A stretch of 64,000 nucleotides of DNA from an uncultured Fibrobacteria bacterium (GCA_963716395.1 OY970309.1:2112001-2176000), one strand, 5' to 3'; positions 1 to 9,696 are shown, counted from the stretch's first letter. Notes: generated by a model not told the origin, from the sequence alone. Made by a program: numbers and translations.

Positions 1-831
1 GATGGCGCCGCCCAGGAGCACGCCCGATTGATCGAATTTCCCCACCATGGTGCCGCCGAAAAAGCGGGCCACGGCCTCCAAACCGGTGACCAAGGCCAGA
101 ATCAACATGGGTTGCGCCCCGCTCTTCGACAAGATCAGGCCGACCCATTGCTGCGGTCCGAATTCGGTGATGGCGGTCATCGACATGCAGATGAACATCA
201 GTATGAACATGGGCGAAAGCATGGCCTTGAAGTTACTGGCCAGATGATCGGCTTCCACGACCTTCGACTTGGGAAAAGTCTGGCCGAAAAAGAGCACTGC
301 GTAGGTCAGGGTGGGAAGCAGGATGACGGCGATTTGGGCTTGCCAAGGGGCGCTCAAGTGGGTCATGAAATCGGAAAGCAAGGACCCGATGACGATGCCG
401 CCGGGAAACCACATGTGGAAGCGGTTCAGTTTCCCGCTCATTTCCACGCCGTCATACGCATCGGCGATCATGGGGTTGCAGGCCGCTTCGGTGCAGCCGT
501 TGCCCAAACCGATTAAGAAGGTGGAGACGAGCAAGCCGACAAAGCTGGTGCTGATAATGTTCAGCAAGATGCCAACCGTGTGTACGATGAAAGCGAACTG
601 CATGATTTTCTTGGGGCCGACGGTATGGTAAACCAGTCCGCCGATCAGCATGGACAAGGGGAAGCCCAGAAACCACATGCTGTTGATGACGCCCAATTGA
701 TGGGCCGTGAAATTCAGGTCCTTCCCCAGTTGGGCCAGAATGCCGGCCCGTATGCTGAAGGAGAAGGCCGTGGTAATCAGGGCGAAACAGCTGGCGACAA
801 AAAGCCGTTCTTTATTTTCCTTATGTTCCAT
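1..831 (-). CDS. MFS transporter (3' end runs off the window)
   Basis: Not in the ORF track because it has no stop in the window. Manual translation from ATG at 831: MEHKENKERLFVASCFALITTAFSFSIRAGIL...GLGNGCTEAACNPMIADAY...LNRFHMWFPGGIVIGSLL...EFGPQQW; many TM helices. Confidence 0.85.
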   Translation of the reverse strand, partial: MEHKENKERLFVASCFALITTAFSFSIRAGILAQLGKDLNFTAHQLGVINSMWFLGFPLSMLIGGLVYHTVGPKKIMQFAFIVHTVGILLNIISTSFVGLLVSTFLIGLGNGCTEAACNPMIADAYDGVEMSGKLNRFHMWFPGGIVIGSLLSDFMTHLSAPWQAQIAVILLPTLTYAVLFFGQTFPKSKVVEADHLASNFKAMLSPMFILMFICMSMTAITEFGPQQWVGLILSKSGAQPMLILALVTGLEAVARFFGGTMVGKFDQSGVLLGGAI

Positions 832-1139
832 ATGGTTTCCTTTACCATTTAGTGAAGGTCGACATCGTACCGATTCTCGCGCCGCAGGCATTGCCTGCGG
901 CGGTGATGGAGAGCCACTCCACCTTGGATTCCCAAGGCCGGAAGGTTGCAGGACAAATTACAATATGCGAAGAACAATTTTCACAAATGCAACGGAACTT
1001 TATCCGTTGAAACCGTTCTCTGCTTCCCGGCTGCCAGGCGCACAAATTTACCGATCACGATTTTGAACCGGACCTTAAACCCGTTACGTCCAAATGCATC
1101 GATAGAAAATACCGGCAGAAGCGAAAATAGGCGGGCCGC

Positions 1140-1928
1140 TTAGCGTAAAAAAAGAAACACCGCCGCCGCAATTCCCATGCGGTAAATCGCAAACACGGTC
1201 AGGGGATGTTTGGTCAGATAGCGCAGTAAAAAACGTACCGAAAGCCAGGCGCAAAACCAGGAAACCACAAACCCGATGGCGAAATAACCGAGATCGCGCA
1301 CGCTTAACTGCGCCCAGCTTTTATACAAATCGTAAATCGAAGCCGCCGAAACGATGGGAACGGCCGCCAAAAAAGAAAACTCGGCGGAGACGCCGCGCGA
1401 CAGGCCTAAAAACATGCCGCCCACGATGGTGGAAGAAGAGCGCGACATGCCCGGCCACAGCGCCAGGCATTGAAAAAATCCGATGCCCAAAGCCTGCTTC
1501 CAGGTGACTCCGTCTACCGAGGTGGTGCGGGTTTTGGGGTGCAGCCATTCCACGGCCAGCATGAGCAGGCTTCCGGCAAATAATCCCATGGCCACCGTAG
1601 TGGTGTTGAAGAGGTGCGCTTTGATGCCGTCATGTAGCAACCAGCCGAATACCATGCCGGGAGCGCTGACCACGATTAAGAGCCAAATCCCCCGCCGGCC
1701 GGAAAATCCGCTCGAGGCCTGGGTCGAGAGCAGGGAGGTGAAACGTTTCCAGAACACACCCACGACAGCCAGGATGGCTCCCAACTGAATGAAGACTTCG
1801 AAGGTTTCGGCCTTCGGCCCGGTATAGCCCAACAGATGCCCGGCCAGGATAAGGTGGCCGGTGGAAGAGACGGGAACGTATTCGGTGAAGCCTTCGACGA
1901 TGCCCAGTAAAATGGCGATGAGAAGCAT
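1140..1928 (-). CDS. uppP: Undecaprenyl-diphosphate phosphatase
   Basis: Motifs GIVEGFTEYVPVSSTGHL and PGMSRS, SAEFSFL; 262 aa hydrophobic protein. Confidence 0.95.
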   Translation of the reverse strand: MLLIAILLGIVEGFTEYVPVSSTGHLILAGHLLGYTGPKAETFEVFIQLGAILAVVGVFWKRFTSLLSTQASSGFSGRRGIWLLIVVSAPGMVFGWLLHDGIKAHLFNTTTVAMGLFAGSLLMLAVEWLHPKTRTTSVDGVTWKQALGIGFFQCLALWPGMSRSSSTIVGGMFLGLSRGVSAEFSFLAAVPIVSAASIYDLYKSWAQLSVRDLGYFAIGFVVSWFCAWLSVRFLLRYLTKHPLTVFAIYRMGIAAAVFLFLR

Positions 1929-2031
1929 GGCGGGGCAAAGTAGTATGTCGGAAGCCCGTGCGGGTGGGATTTATCTTTGCGGCGCCTGCGGATCCCATCC
2001 GTACGCCCCCTCGATGGGCCGGGAGGCTGAC

Positions 2032-3012
2032 ATGCAAAAATCCGGCTCCGCATCCGCCGGTCGCCGCGTGCCTGACGATTACGGGTTTTCCACCCAGGTC
2101 GGCGCGCGCGGGGCGCGCCTCATCCGCCGCGACGGCATGTTCAACGTCGACCGCAAAGGTCTTTCTTTTCTGCAGTCGCTCAGTATTTACCATGCCTTGA
2201 TCAATATGTCGTGGAAGGCGTTTTACGCCATGGTGCTGGCGGTGTTTCTCGGAGCCAACGCCGGATTTTCCCTGATCTATCTCGGCCTCGGGTTCACCCA
2301 TTTGCGCGGCGCCGAAGACGGAGCGGCCTGGCAACGTTTCGCCAGCGCGTTTTTCTTCAGCACACAAACGCTGACCACCGTGGGCTACGGGCATGTTTAT
2401 CCCGTGGGGTTCTGGACCAATGCCGTGGCCTCGCTGGAATCCATGCTCGGGCTGCTGGCTTTCGCCGTGGCCACCGGGCTTTTGTTCGCACGCTTTTCCC
2501 GCCCGCATGCCAAAATCCTGTTCAGCCGGCAGGCGCTGATTGCGCCGTATGCCGAAGGGCGTGCTTTCATGTTTCGCATCGCCAACGCGCACCGCTATCC
2601 GCTCATCGAACCCGAGGTGTACGTCGGGTACTCCGGCGTGGCGGGCCGTGGCGCCGCGGCCGAACGCCGCTTTCAGGAACTGCGGCTGGAGCGAAGCCGC
2701 ATCACCTTTTTTCCCCTGAGTTGGACCGTGGTGCATCCCATCGATGCCGATAGCCCGCTGGTAGGGATTTCAGCCCATGATTTGCAAAACTCCGACGCCG
2801 AGTTCTTCGTTCAGGTCAAGGCCTATGACGACGGTTTTCACCAGACCGTGCACGCCCGCTTTTCGTACAAGGCCGGCGAAATCGTATGGGGCGGAAAATT
2901 CGCGTCGATTTTCAGCCGGGGCGAAGACGGTGCCACGGTTTTGGATCTGGGCCGGCTGAGCGAATATGCGGCGGCGGATTTGCCGTCGCCGGTTCCGCAT
3001 CCGCAGGATTGA
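2032..3012 (+). CDS. Inward-rectifier potassium channel (KirBac family)
   Basis: AFFFSTQTLTTVGYG selectivity filter, FARFSRP, ILFS, FRIAN, LSWTVVHPIDADSPL. Start chosen at the ATG after GGAGG. Confidence 0.9.
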   Translation: MQKSGSASAGRRVPDDYGFSTQVGARGARLIRRDGMFNVDRKGLSFLQSLSIYHALINMSWKAFYAMVLAVFLGANAGFSLIYLGLGFTHLRGAEDGAAWQRFASAFFFSTQTLTTVGYGHVYPVGFWTNAVASLESMLGLLAFAVATGLLFARFSRPHAKILFSRQALIAPYAEGRAFMFRIANAHRYPLIEPEVYVGYSGVAGRGAAAERRFQELRLERSRITFFPLSWTVVHPIDADSPLVGISAHDLQNSDAEFFVQVKAYDDGFHQTVHARFSYKAGEIVWGGKFASIFSRGEDGATVLDLGRLSEYAAADLPSPVPHPQD

Positions 3013-3019
3013 TCCCGCG

Positions 3020-4972
3020 TCACATCTCGGCTTGTGAAACCGCGATGACCTGCTCCACGGTGGTCAGGCCGGCCAGGGCCTTTTCCAGACCGTCGCGCCG
3101 CAGCGTCGCCATGCCCAGATTGCGGATGGCGTATTGCTTGATTTCGTCGCTGCTTTTGCGTTCGAAGATCATTTTGCACATCGCGTCGTCGGGAGTGAGC
3201 ACTTCGAACAGGGCTAAACGTCCTTTGTAACCGCTGCCGTTGCAGGTCTGGCAGCCCTTGCCTTGGTAAAAGAGCGTGCCCGGCTGGATGCCGAGATTCT
3301 GCAGGGCCGCGTCGGAAAGCTGCACCGGTTGGCGGCACTTGTCGCAGATGCGACGCACCAAGCGCTGGGCCAGCACGCCTTTTACGCACGAAGTCACCAG
3401 AAAGGGTTCGATGCCCATGTCGAGCAGGCGGGTGAAGGCGCCGGCCGCGTCGTTGGTGTGCAACGTCGAGAACACCAAATGGCCCGTGAGCGCTGCCTGA
3501 ATGGCCATCTCGCAGGTTTCCCGATCGCGCATCTCGCCCAGCATGATGATGTCCGGATCTTGGCGCAGAATGGAGCGCATGCCGGCCGCGAAGGTGAAAC
3601 CCGCGGCGTTGTTGATCTGGCCCTGCGAGATGCCGGAAATGTTTTTTTCCACCGGATCTTCCATGGTCACGATGTTGACGTCGGGTTGGTTCACATGGTT
3701 GACGAAGGTGTACAGGGTGCTCGATTTACCGCTACCCGTGGGTCCGGTCACCAGCACGATGCCATCGGGCAATTCCACTAGGTGCTGGATGACGGGGAAG
3801 ACGGTTTGCGAAAACCCGAGCGCGTTCAGACCTTTCACTTCGGAGTTGGGATCGATGATGCGGATCACCAGCTTTTCAATCACCCCCCGGCTGCGCAGCA
3901 GCATGGGGAAGGTGGAAATGCGCAAATCCACTTCTTTGCCCTGATAGCGGATATGGGCGCGCCCGTCCAGGGGCCGGCGTTTCTCGGCGATATCCATGCC
4001 CGCCGTCACCTTGATGCGCGAAATAATTTGGCTCATCAGCCGCGAGGGAATGGGATTCTGCTCGACGAGATCGCCGTCGACGCGGAAACGGACGCGCATG
4101 CTGCGCTCCTGGGGCTCCAGATGGATGTCGGAAGCCCCGAGCCGGATGGCCTCGGTCAGGATGAGGTTGACGATCTTGACGATTTGCCGGCCTTCTTCAT
4201 CGGCCACGGGAAGGTCGGATTCGCCGTTGTCCTCTTTGCGGGTGGTGTCGGTGAGCAAATCCTCGTCGCTGATGCCCTTCTGTTTGAGCAGGTCGCTTAA
4301 TTGCTCCTTGACGCCGCTGCCGTACACGCGGTCGATGGCTTCGAGAATCTCGGCCTCGGTGGCGATCACCGGTTCGACGTCTTTGCCGGTTTTGAACTTG
4401 ATGTGATCGAGGCTGCGCAGGTTGGTGGGGTCGGCCATGGCCACCGTGACGACGCCGTCGCGTTCGTACAAGGGGATGACCTTGTAGGCGCGCGCCATGT
4501 CATGCGACACCAGCGCCGTGATGCCTTTTTCGAACTTGAAGTTTTCCAACACCACGTGCTGCAGATCGAGTTGGGCCGCCAACGCGTCGAGCAGGCGGAT
4601 CTCGTCGAGGTACCCGAGTTTTACCAGGGTTTTGCCCAGGGGCAGGTTGAAATCTTTCTGCTTGGCCAGTCCTTCTTCGAGTTGCTTCGGGGTGATGTAT
4701 CCGTGTTCCAGCAGAATCTCGCCGGTTCGCTTGCGTGACGAGGTTTCCAACTGCCGGCCAAGCACGTTGTTCAGGGTGTCGACATCGATAAAACCCATGC
4801 GCAACAGCACGGTACCGAGGCTGATTCCGCTTTGCAAGTGATAGGCCAACGCCTGATTCAATTGATCCTGGGTGACGTAACCCTGGGCCAGCAGGATTTC
4901 GCCCACTTTCAAGCGCCGCTTGCTTTGCTGCACGCTCGCGGTTTTGGGCTCGCCTTCGGTTTCGGTGCTCAT
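3020..4972 (-). CDS. GspE/PilB-family secretion or pilus assembly ATPase with N-terminal MshEN-like repeats
   Basis: ASDIHLEP, Walker A GPTGSGKS, LRQDPDIIMLGEMRD, TGHLVFSTLHTN, CDKC/CQTC Zn motif; four xLGxxLLxxG repeats at the N-terminus. Confidence 0.93.
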   Translation of the reverse strand: MSTETEGEPKTASVQQSKRRLKVGEILLAQGYVTQDQLNQALAYHLQSGISLGTVLLRMGFIDVDTLNNVLGRQLETSSRKRTGEILLEHGYITPKQLEEGLAKQKDFNLPLGKTLVKLGYLDEIRLLDALAAQLDLQHVVLENFKFEKGITALVSHDMARAYKVIPLYERDGVVTVAMADPTNLRSLDHIKFKTGKDVEPVIATEAEILEAIDRVYGSGVKEQLSDLLKQKGISDEDLLTDTTRKEDNGESDLPVADEEGRQIVKIVNLILTEAIRLGASDIHLEPQERSMRVRFRVDGDLVEQNPIPSRLMSQIISRIKVTAGMDIAEKRRPLDGRAHIRYQGKEVDLRISTFPMLLRSRGVIEKLVIRIIDPNSEVKGLNALGFSQTVFPVIQHLVELPDGIVLVTGPTGSGKSSTLYTFVNHVNQPDVNIVTMEDPVEKNISGISQGQINNAAGFTFAAGMRSILRQDPDIIMLGEMRDRETCEMAIQAALTGHLVFSTLHTNDAAGAFTRLLDMGIEPFLVTSCVKGVLAQRLVRRICDKCRQPVQLSDAALQNLGIQPGTLFYQGKGCQTCNGSGYKGRLALFEVLTPDDAMCKMIFERKSSDEIKQYAIRNLGMATLRRDGLEKALAGLTTVEQVIAVSQAEM

Positions 4973-5937
4973 GCGTGCGAATAGCCGCCGGCCGGCAATT
5001 CCTCCGTCTTTCCGTCACGCGCAAGAAAAACGCCCGATCCTTTTTCCACTTCGCCGATCTCGGCGATGGCCGCAAACCGTCTCAGGCGTTGCAACTCGTC
5101 AGCGGAAAACTCGCCTGTGAACAGCAATTGATATTCCTCCCCGCCGTGCAATACGCAGAGGTCCATTTTTTCAGGCTCCCAACCGGTTTGCAGGGCGGGA
5201 GCTATGGGAAGTTTACTCCATTCCACGCGCAGGGCACAACCCGACCGGCGCGACAAATGCCATAGTTCGGAGGAGAGCCCGTCGCTGATATCGATGGCCG
5301 CCACGGTTTTCCCCGATTCCGACAAAGCGGGACCCAACTGCAAAGGCGGAGCCGGATCGAAATGCGCCGTGATCAACGGAGGCTCGGGTTGTTCCGGCCC
5401 TTGCGCTTGCAGCAGACTCAAACCCGCGGCCGAAGCGCCCAATACTCCGGTCACGAAGATGCGATGGCCCGGCGCGCATTGCGATCGCAACAGGGGCCGG
5501 CCGGCGATTTGACCCAGCACGGTGAAGGCGAAAAAGCTGTTTCCGGCCGCGGTCACCGTGTCTCCGCCGGCCATGCGAAAGCCCCACTCGTGTTCCAGGT
5601 TGCGCAGGCAGCGGCCCAACGCTACGAACACCCCGTCGTCCCACTCTCGCCGCGCCCCGAGATTGAACAAGGCATAGCGGCTGCGCCCGCCCATGGCGTT
5701 GACGTCGGAGAGATTGGCCAAAAGGGCTTTGCGCAAAGCCCGCTCCGGCGTCGTCCAATCGAGCCGGTAATGCACGCCTTCGGAGCTGGCGTCGGAAGTG
5801 GCGATCCAGGTTCCCGCCTCGGGGCCGAACAGAAAGGCGTCATCGCCCAAACCCCGGCCGTCCATCGCGAAGCGATCCGCCGGAAACATCGCTTCAATGC
5901 GGGCAAATTCCCCGCCTGCGGCAAAATAGCGATTCAC
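4969..5937 (-). CDS. thiL: Thiamine-monophosphate kinase
   Basis: GLGDDA, NLSDVNAMGG, GGDT, AIDISDGL, GGEEYQLLFT motifs. Confidence 0.92.
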   Translation of the reverse strand: MNRYFAAGGEFARIEAMFPADRFAMDGRGLGDDAFLFGPEAGTWIATSDASSEGVHYRLDWTTPERALRKALLANLSDVNAMGGRSRYALFNLGARREWDDGVFVALGRCLRNLEHEWGFRMAGGDTVTAAGNSFFAFTVLGQIAGRPLLRSQCAPGHRIFVTGVLGASAAGLSLLQAQGPEQPEPPLITAHFDPAPPLQLGPALSESGKTVAAIDISDGLSSELWHLSRRSGCALRVEWSKLPIAPALQTGWEPEKMDLCVLHGGEEYQLLFTGEFSADELQRLRRFAAIAEIGEVEKGSGVFLARDGKTEELPAGGYSHA

Positions 5938-5978
5938 CCGAAAAAATTAGCAACCCGGCGCGGCGCCCGCAAAAACCC

Positions 5979-6125
5979 TCAAGGCGCGGGTGCGCCCTGA
6001 ATCCGGCCCACCGGGACCGCGGCCTGCGGCCGGTGCATTTTCATTCTCCGCGCGCAGTCCATCATCACCACGGTGACTCCGAAAAAAAAGAGGAGCACGA
6101 TCAGCAAACGGCTCGATGCGTTCAT
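5979..6125 (-). CDS. Putative 48-aa single-pass membrane protein
   Basis: Manual translation MNASSRLLIVLLFFFGVTVVMMDCARRMKMHRPQAAVPVGRIQGAPAP; starts 20 nt downstream of a perfect extended -10 element; below the ORF-track size cutoff. Confidence 0.45.
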   Translation of the reverse strand: MNASSRLLIVLLFFFGVTVVMMDCARRMKMHRPQAAVPVGRIQGAPAP

Positions 6126-6145
6126 ACCGCCCCCGTACGAAGAAG

Positions 6146-6154
6146 ATTATAGCA
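6146..6154 (-). promoter_or_regulatory. Extended -10 sigma70 promoter element
   Basis: Minus strand reads TGCTATAAT (TGnTATAAT), upstream of the sORF-thiL-ATPase genes. Confidence 0.6.
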
Positions 6155-6265
6155 CGACCGGCCGAACCGTGCAGGTCCTCGCAATCGGTGCTCCCCGGCG
6201 GCACGAAGTTGCGGCATTTGAAGCGGGAAAGAGAAAAGTTATATCTGGCTCGCTTTGGAGCACAC

Positions 6266-6460
6266 ATGGATTTTTCCCATATCGACGTCGATCCCGCCAT
6301 CTGCGCAGGCCAACCCCATATCCGAGGGACGCGGCTGACCGTCGATTTTTTACGCGCGTTGCTGGCTGCCGGATGGAAACCGGCCGATGTATTGGAAATC
6401 TATCCCTACCTGACCGCCGCCGATCTCGAAGCCTGTTCGCAATATTCCGCCCAGCCGTAG
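6266..6460 (+). CDS. DUF433-family protein (putative antitoxin-like DNA-binding protein)
   Basis: IDVDPAICAGQPHIRGTRLTV...ILEIYPYLTAADLEAC-like pattern typical of DUF433; GGAG RBS before ATG 6266. Confidence 0.85.
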   Translation: MDFSHIDVDPAICAGQPHIRGTRLTVDFLRALLAAGWKPADVLEIYPYLTAADLEACSQYSAQP

Positions 6461-6682
6461 AGCTTGCTGCGGCCTTTTCGCGGCGACCGGCGGGTTCGAG
6501 GCGGAGGCAAATCAGGGCTTCCGGCCCTTCCATCCATCCGTTCAAGCATTTGAAACCGATTTCGGAGATTTTAAGGCAACCCGCGCGGCGGAGCCGATGG
6601 CCGGACCCGGTTCGAAGTTCCACCGCGGCCTTGCGGCCTTCCCGGCCCGGATTCGGCAAAACGCCGATTCCGGCGAGTCCCC

Positions 6683-6710
6683 TCAAGAGTCCGTGGCGAT
6701 CGGTCGATAT
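6683..6710 (+). promoter_or_regulatory. Sigma28 (FliA)-type promoter of fliD
   Basis: TCAAG-N15-GTCGATAT, 35 nt upstream of fliD. Confidence 0.65.
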
Positions 6711-6745
6711 AAGAGACGGATCGCATCGAAACGGCACGGACGGGT

Positions 6746-8833
6746 ATGGCAACGGTTTCTCCTTCAGGCACACTTTCGGTCGGAGGACTGGCATCCGGTC
6801 TCGACACCAACTCCATCATTGACGGATTGGTGGCGGTCGAGCAAACCCGCGTCACCAACGAACAAAACCAGCAGAGTGCCTACCAACTTAAGCTCAACAC
6901 CTTCAACCAGCTCGTTTCCCAGATTTCCGCGCTGTCGACCCAGGCCACCGCCTTAAATGACGTCAACGCCTTCAACCTTTTCAATTCCACTTCATCCGAC
7001 AACACCGTCGCCACCATCGACGGCACCACCGACGCCAGCCCCGGCAGTTACACAGTCACCGTGCAAAGCCTGGCGTCGTCGCTTTCGGTGGCCAGCAAAT
7101 CGTTCGCTTCGCAAACCTCGGCATTGGGGCTGTCGGGCACCTTCAGCGTTTCGGTGTCGCAAGCCGCCTTGCAAGCCGATCCCAGCACCACTTCGGTGCA
7201 GGTCAGCATTTCGCCCAATGATGCGCTGAAAGACATTGTCAACAAGATCAACAGCGCCAGCGGAACGGGCGCCAGCGCCAGCATCATTCAGCTGGGGACC
7301 AACGATTACCGCCTCATGCTGAGTTCGGTGGATCAAGGCACCCAGGCGTTCACCTTGAACCCCGTCGGCGGATCGACCACGTTGAACGCCGGGTTGGGTT
7401 TAACCACCGATACCCAGTCCCTGCGCACGGATACTTCCTTTCAACTGGCCGGCGGCGGCCCGGCGCAAAGCACCACCACGTTGGATCAGATTTTCAAAGG
7501 CATCGGCCAGCAGTATCAAACCGGGGATGTGATCTCCTGGACCGGCACCGATTCTTCCGGCAATGCCCACACCAACAGTTATACCATCGGCGATGCGAGC
7601 ACGGACACGCTCGGCGATTTGATGACGGCGATGCAATCGAGTTTCAACGAGTCGACGCCCGGCCAGGTCTCGATTTCGGCGAATTCGAGCGGCGAAATCG
7701 TGGTGAAAGACAACGCTTCAGGCGGCGCGAAAAACATGACCTTGTCGCTGAGCGTCAACGGCACGCCCACGATGACGGGCCAGACCCAGACCGATTTCCA
7801 AAGCGCCATTTCCACCGGTCAACGGGCGTTCTATTTGCTCAACGGATTGCCGGTGGCCGCTCAGTCGAACACCGATCAGACGACGGTGGTCGGAACCAAA
7901 ATCCAATTGATCAAGGCTTCGCCGGGCGAGCCCGTCGACCTGACCTTGAATCGGGACCAATCCAAAATTCAGCAGACGGTGCAAACTTTCGTCGACGCCT
8001 ACAATTCGGTGATGAGTTTCATCGATACCAATTCCCAAATCACCACCAGTCAAAACTCGAACAGCAGCGCCTCTTCCACCACGCCTGCGCCGGTGAACGG
8101 CCAGACCCAGACGCAATTGGGCCCATTCGCGGGCGATTCATCCATCGAGGGCCTGAAAGAGCAATTGCAGAATTTGGTGACCAATCCCATCCGAGAACTG
8201 AATTCCCAGGGGTTGTCGGATTATTCCAGCTTTGCCTCGATCGGCATCACCACCGATGCGGAATCCGACCAATTATCCATCGACAGCACCCAGTTCACGA
8301 CCGCGCTCAACACCGATTTTCAAGGGGTGGTGCGCCTTTTCACCACCTCGGGATATTCGAATAATCCCGACCTCACCTATGGAACCTCGACCGACAATAC
8401 GCAAACCGGCGTTTACAATATCAACACCGCCACGAACCAGATCGACACCCTGAGCGGCGCGTCTTCGGTGTCTTACGCCACGGGAACGTTGACGGGCGAC
8501 GGCAACATCCTGAATTCCAACAGCGGCAATTCCAACGGCCTGGCCGTGCAATTTTCCGCGGCTACGACCGGGCAAATCACCTTTATCCGGGGGATCGCGG
8601 GCCAGGTCGAGACGTGGAACAATCAAATCAATGATTACGTCAACGGGTTCGTCACCAACGAACAAACCTCGCTGAACAGTTCCATCAACGATGAGGCGAC
8701 GAAAATCACCCAGTTGCAGTCTCAGTCCGACGCATATCGCGCCCAGTTGGTGCAGCAATTCGCAAATATGGAACAGACGATTTCGCAATTGCAATCGCAA
8801 AGTTCCGCCTTCCAGAATTCCGGCATCCATTAA
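6746..8833 (+). CDS. fliD: Flagellar filament cap protein
   Basis: GGLASGLDTNSIIDGLVAVE N-terminus, FVDAYNSV, QFANMEQTISQLQSQ C-terminus; followed by fliS. Confidence 0.93.
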   Translation: MATVSPSGTLSVGGLASGLDTNSIIDGLVAVEQTRVTNEQNQQSAYQLKLNTFNQLVSQISALSTQATALNDVNAFNLFNSTSSDNTVATIDGTTDASPGSYTVTVQSLASSLSVASKSFASQTSALGLSGTFSVSVSQAALQADPSTTSVQVSISPNDALKDIVNKINSASGTGASASIIQLGTNDYRLMLSSVDQGTQAFTLNPVGGSTTLNAGLGLTTDTQSLRTDTSFQLAGGGPAQSTTTLDQIFKGIGQQYQTGDVISWTGTDSSGNAHTNSYTIGDASTDTLGDLMTAMQSSFNESTPGQVSISANSSGEIVVKDNASGGAKNMTLSLSVNGTPTMTGQTQTDFQSAISTGQRAFYLLNGLPVAAQSNTDQTTVVGTKIQLIKASPGEPVDLTLNRDQSKIQQTVQTFVDAYNSVMSFIDTNSQITTSQNSNSSASSTTPAPVNGQTQTQLGPFAGDSSIEGLKEQLQNLVTNPIRELNSQGLSDYSSFASIGITTDAESDQLSIDSTQFTTALNTDFQGVVRLFTTSGYSNNPDLTYGTSTDNTQTGVYNINTATNQIDTLSGASSVSYATGTLTGDGNILNSNSGNSNGLAVQFSAATTGQITFIRGIAGQVETWNNQINDYVNGFVTNEQTSLNSSINDEATKITQLQSQSDAYRAQLVQQFANMEQTISQLQSQSSAFQNSGIH

Positions 8834-8848
8834 AAAGGAGAACACGCC

Positions 8849-9274
8849 ATGGCGTCCCCGCACCTCAGCTACCGCGAATCCGACATTCAAACTGCGGACC
8901 GCGGCAAGTTAATCCTGATGGTCTACGATCACTGCATCAAATGGGTGCGGACCGCCGAAGAAGAACTGAAGGCCGGCAACATCGAACGCATGTGCCACGC
9001 CATCCAGCGCGCCCAAAAGGGAATCTACAACCTCATGTCGTCGCTCAATATGGAGAAAGGCGGCGACATCGCCCGCAACCTGTTTCGGCTCTACGATTTT
9101 TATTCGCGGCACCTGTCGATGGCACTAAGCAACCGTTCCGCCACGGCCCTCCGCGATGTGGCGGTCATGCTGGCCAGGTTGCGTGAAGCCTGGGGCCTCA
9201 CCATCGACAAGATCCGCCGCGAAGAGCGGGTTCTCTTGGCCCAGCGGGGAAAACCCATCACCCTGGTGACCTAA
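8849..9274 (+). CDS. fliS: Flagellin export chaperone FliS
   Basis: YRESDIQTA..LILMVYD, LMSSLNMEKGGDIARNLFRLYDF, LREAW; AAGGAG RBS. Confidence 0.93.
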   Translation: MASPHLSYRESDIQTADRGKLILMVYDHCIKWVRTAEEELKAGNIERMCHAIQRAQKGIYNLMSSLNMEKGGDIARNLFRLYDFYSRHLSMALSNRSATALRDVAVMLARLREAWGLTIDKIRREERVLLAQRGKPITLVT

Positions 9275-9276
9275 AG

Positions 9277-9696
9277 ATGCTGCCGCTGACCGAACGTCTC
9301 GTGGGCGAACTGGACATGCTCTACGGGCTGTACCTGCTCGCCATGGATCACGTGCGCCAACTCGACGCCGAGGACGAAGAGGCGTCTGCGCGTATTCTCG
9401 ATGCGCGCGAAAAAGTGCTGGAGCGCACCACCCAAGCCGCTGCCGCGGCCACACGTTTGTTGCGGGCCTTCGAGGTCGAGCGCAACATTCCCGCGGGCGA
9501 ACGCGCTTTGGTGGAGGAAAAGCGGCGCATGATTCAAGACGTGATGACGCGGCTGCAACAGGCCGATTCGCAAGTGTTGCGCGCCATGCACTCGCGTTTC
9601 TCCGCCCTGCGGCGCGAACTGGCCCGCCACACCGAACGCCGCGACGTCATCCGCGCCTATATCACCGCACCGGCCGCCGCCTCACTGGCGCGCTGA
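9277..9696 (+). CDS. FliT-like helical flagellar chaperone (putative)
   Basis: 139-aa all-helical protein in the fliD-fliS-X position, ending ...VIRAY; assigned mainly by synteny. Confidence 0.5.
   Translation: MLPLTERLVGELDMLYGLYLLAMDHVRQLDAEDEEASARILDAREKVLERTTQAAAAATRLLRAFEVERNIPAGERALVEEKRRMIQDVMTRLQQADSQVLRAMHSRFSALRRELARHTERRDVIRAYITAPAAASLAR

Noticed and set aside
6716-6740. Two ACGGA motifs in the fliD leader as CsrA sites
   Set aside because: Too short to separate from chance or from the RBS without knowing whether csrA and fliW exist in the genome.
9657-9696. 40-bp convergent overlap of rsmA and the fliT-like gene
   Set aside because: Short 3' overlaps are common in GC-rich genomes.
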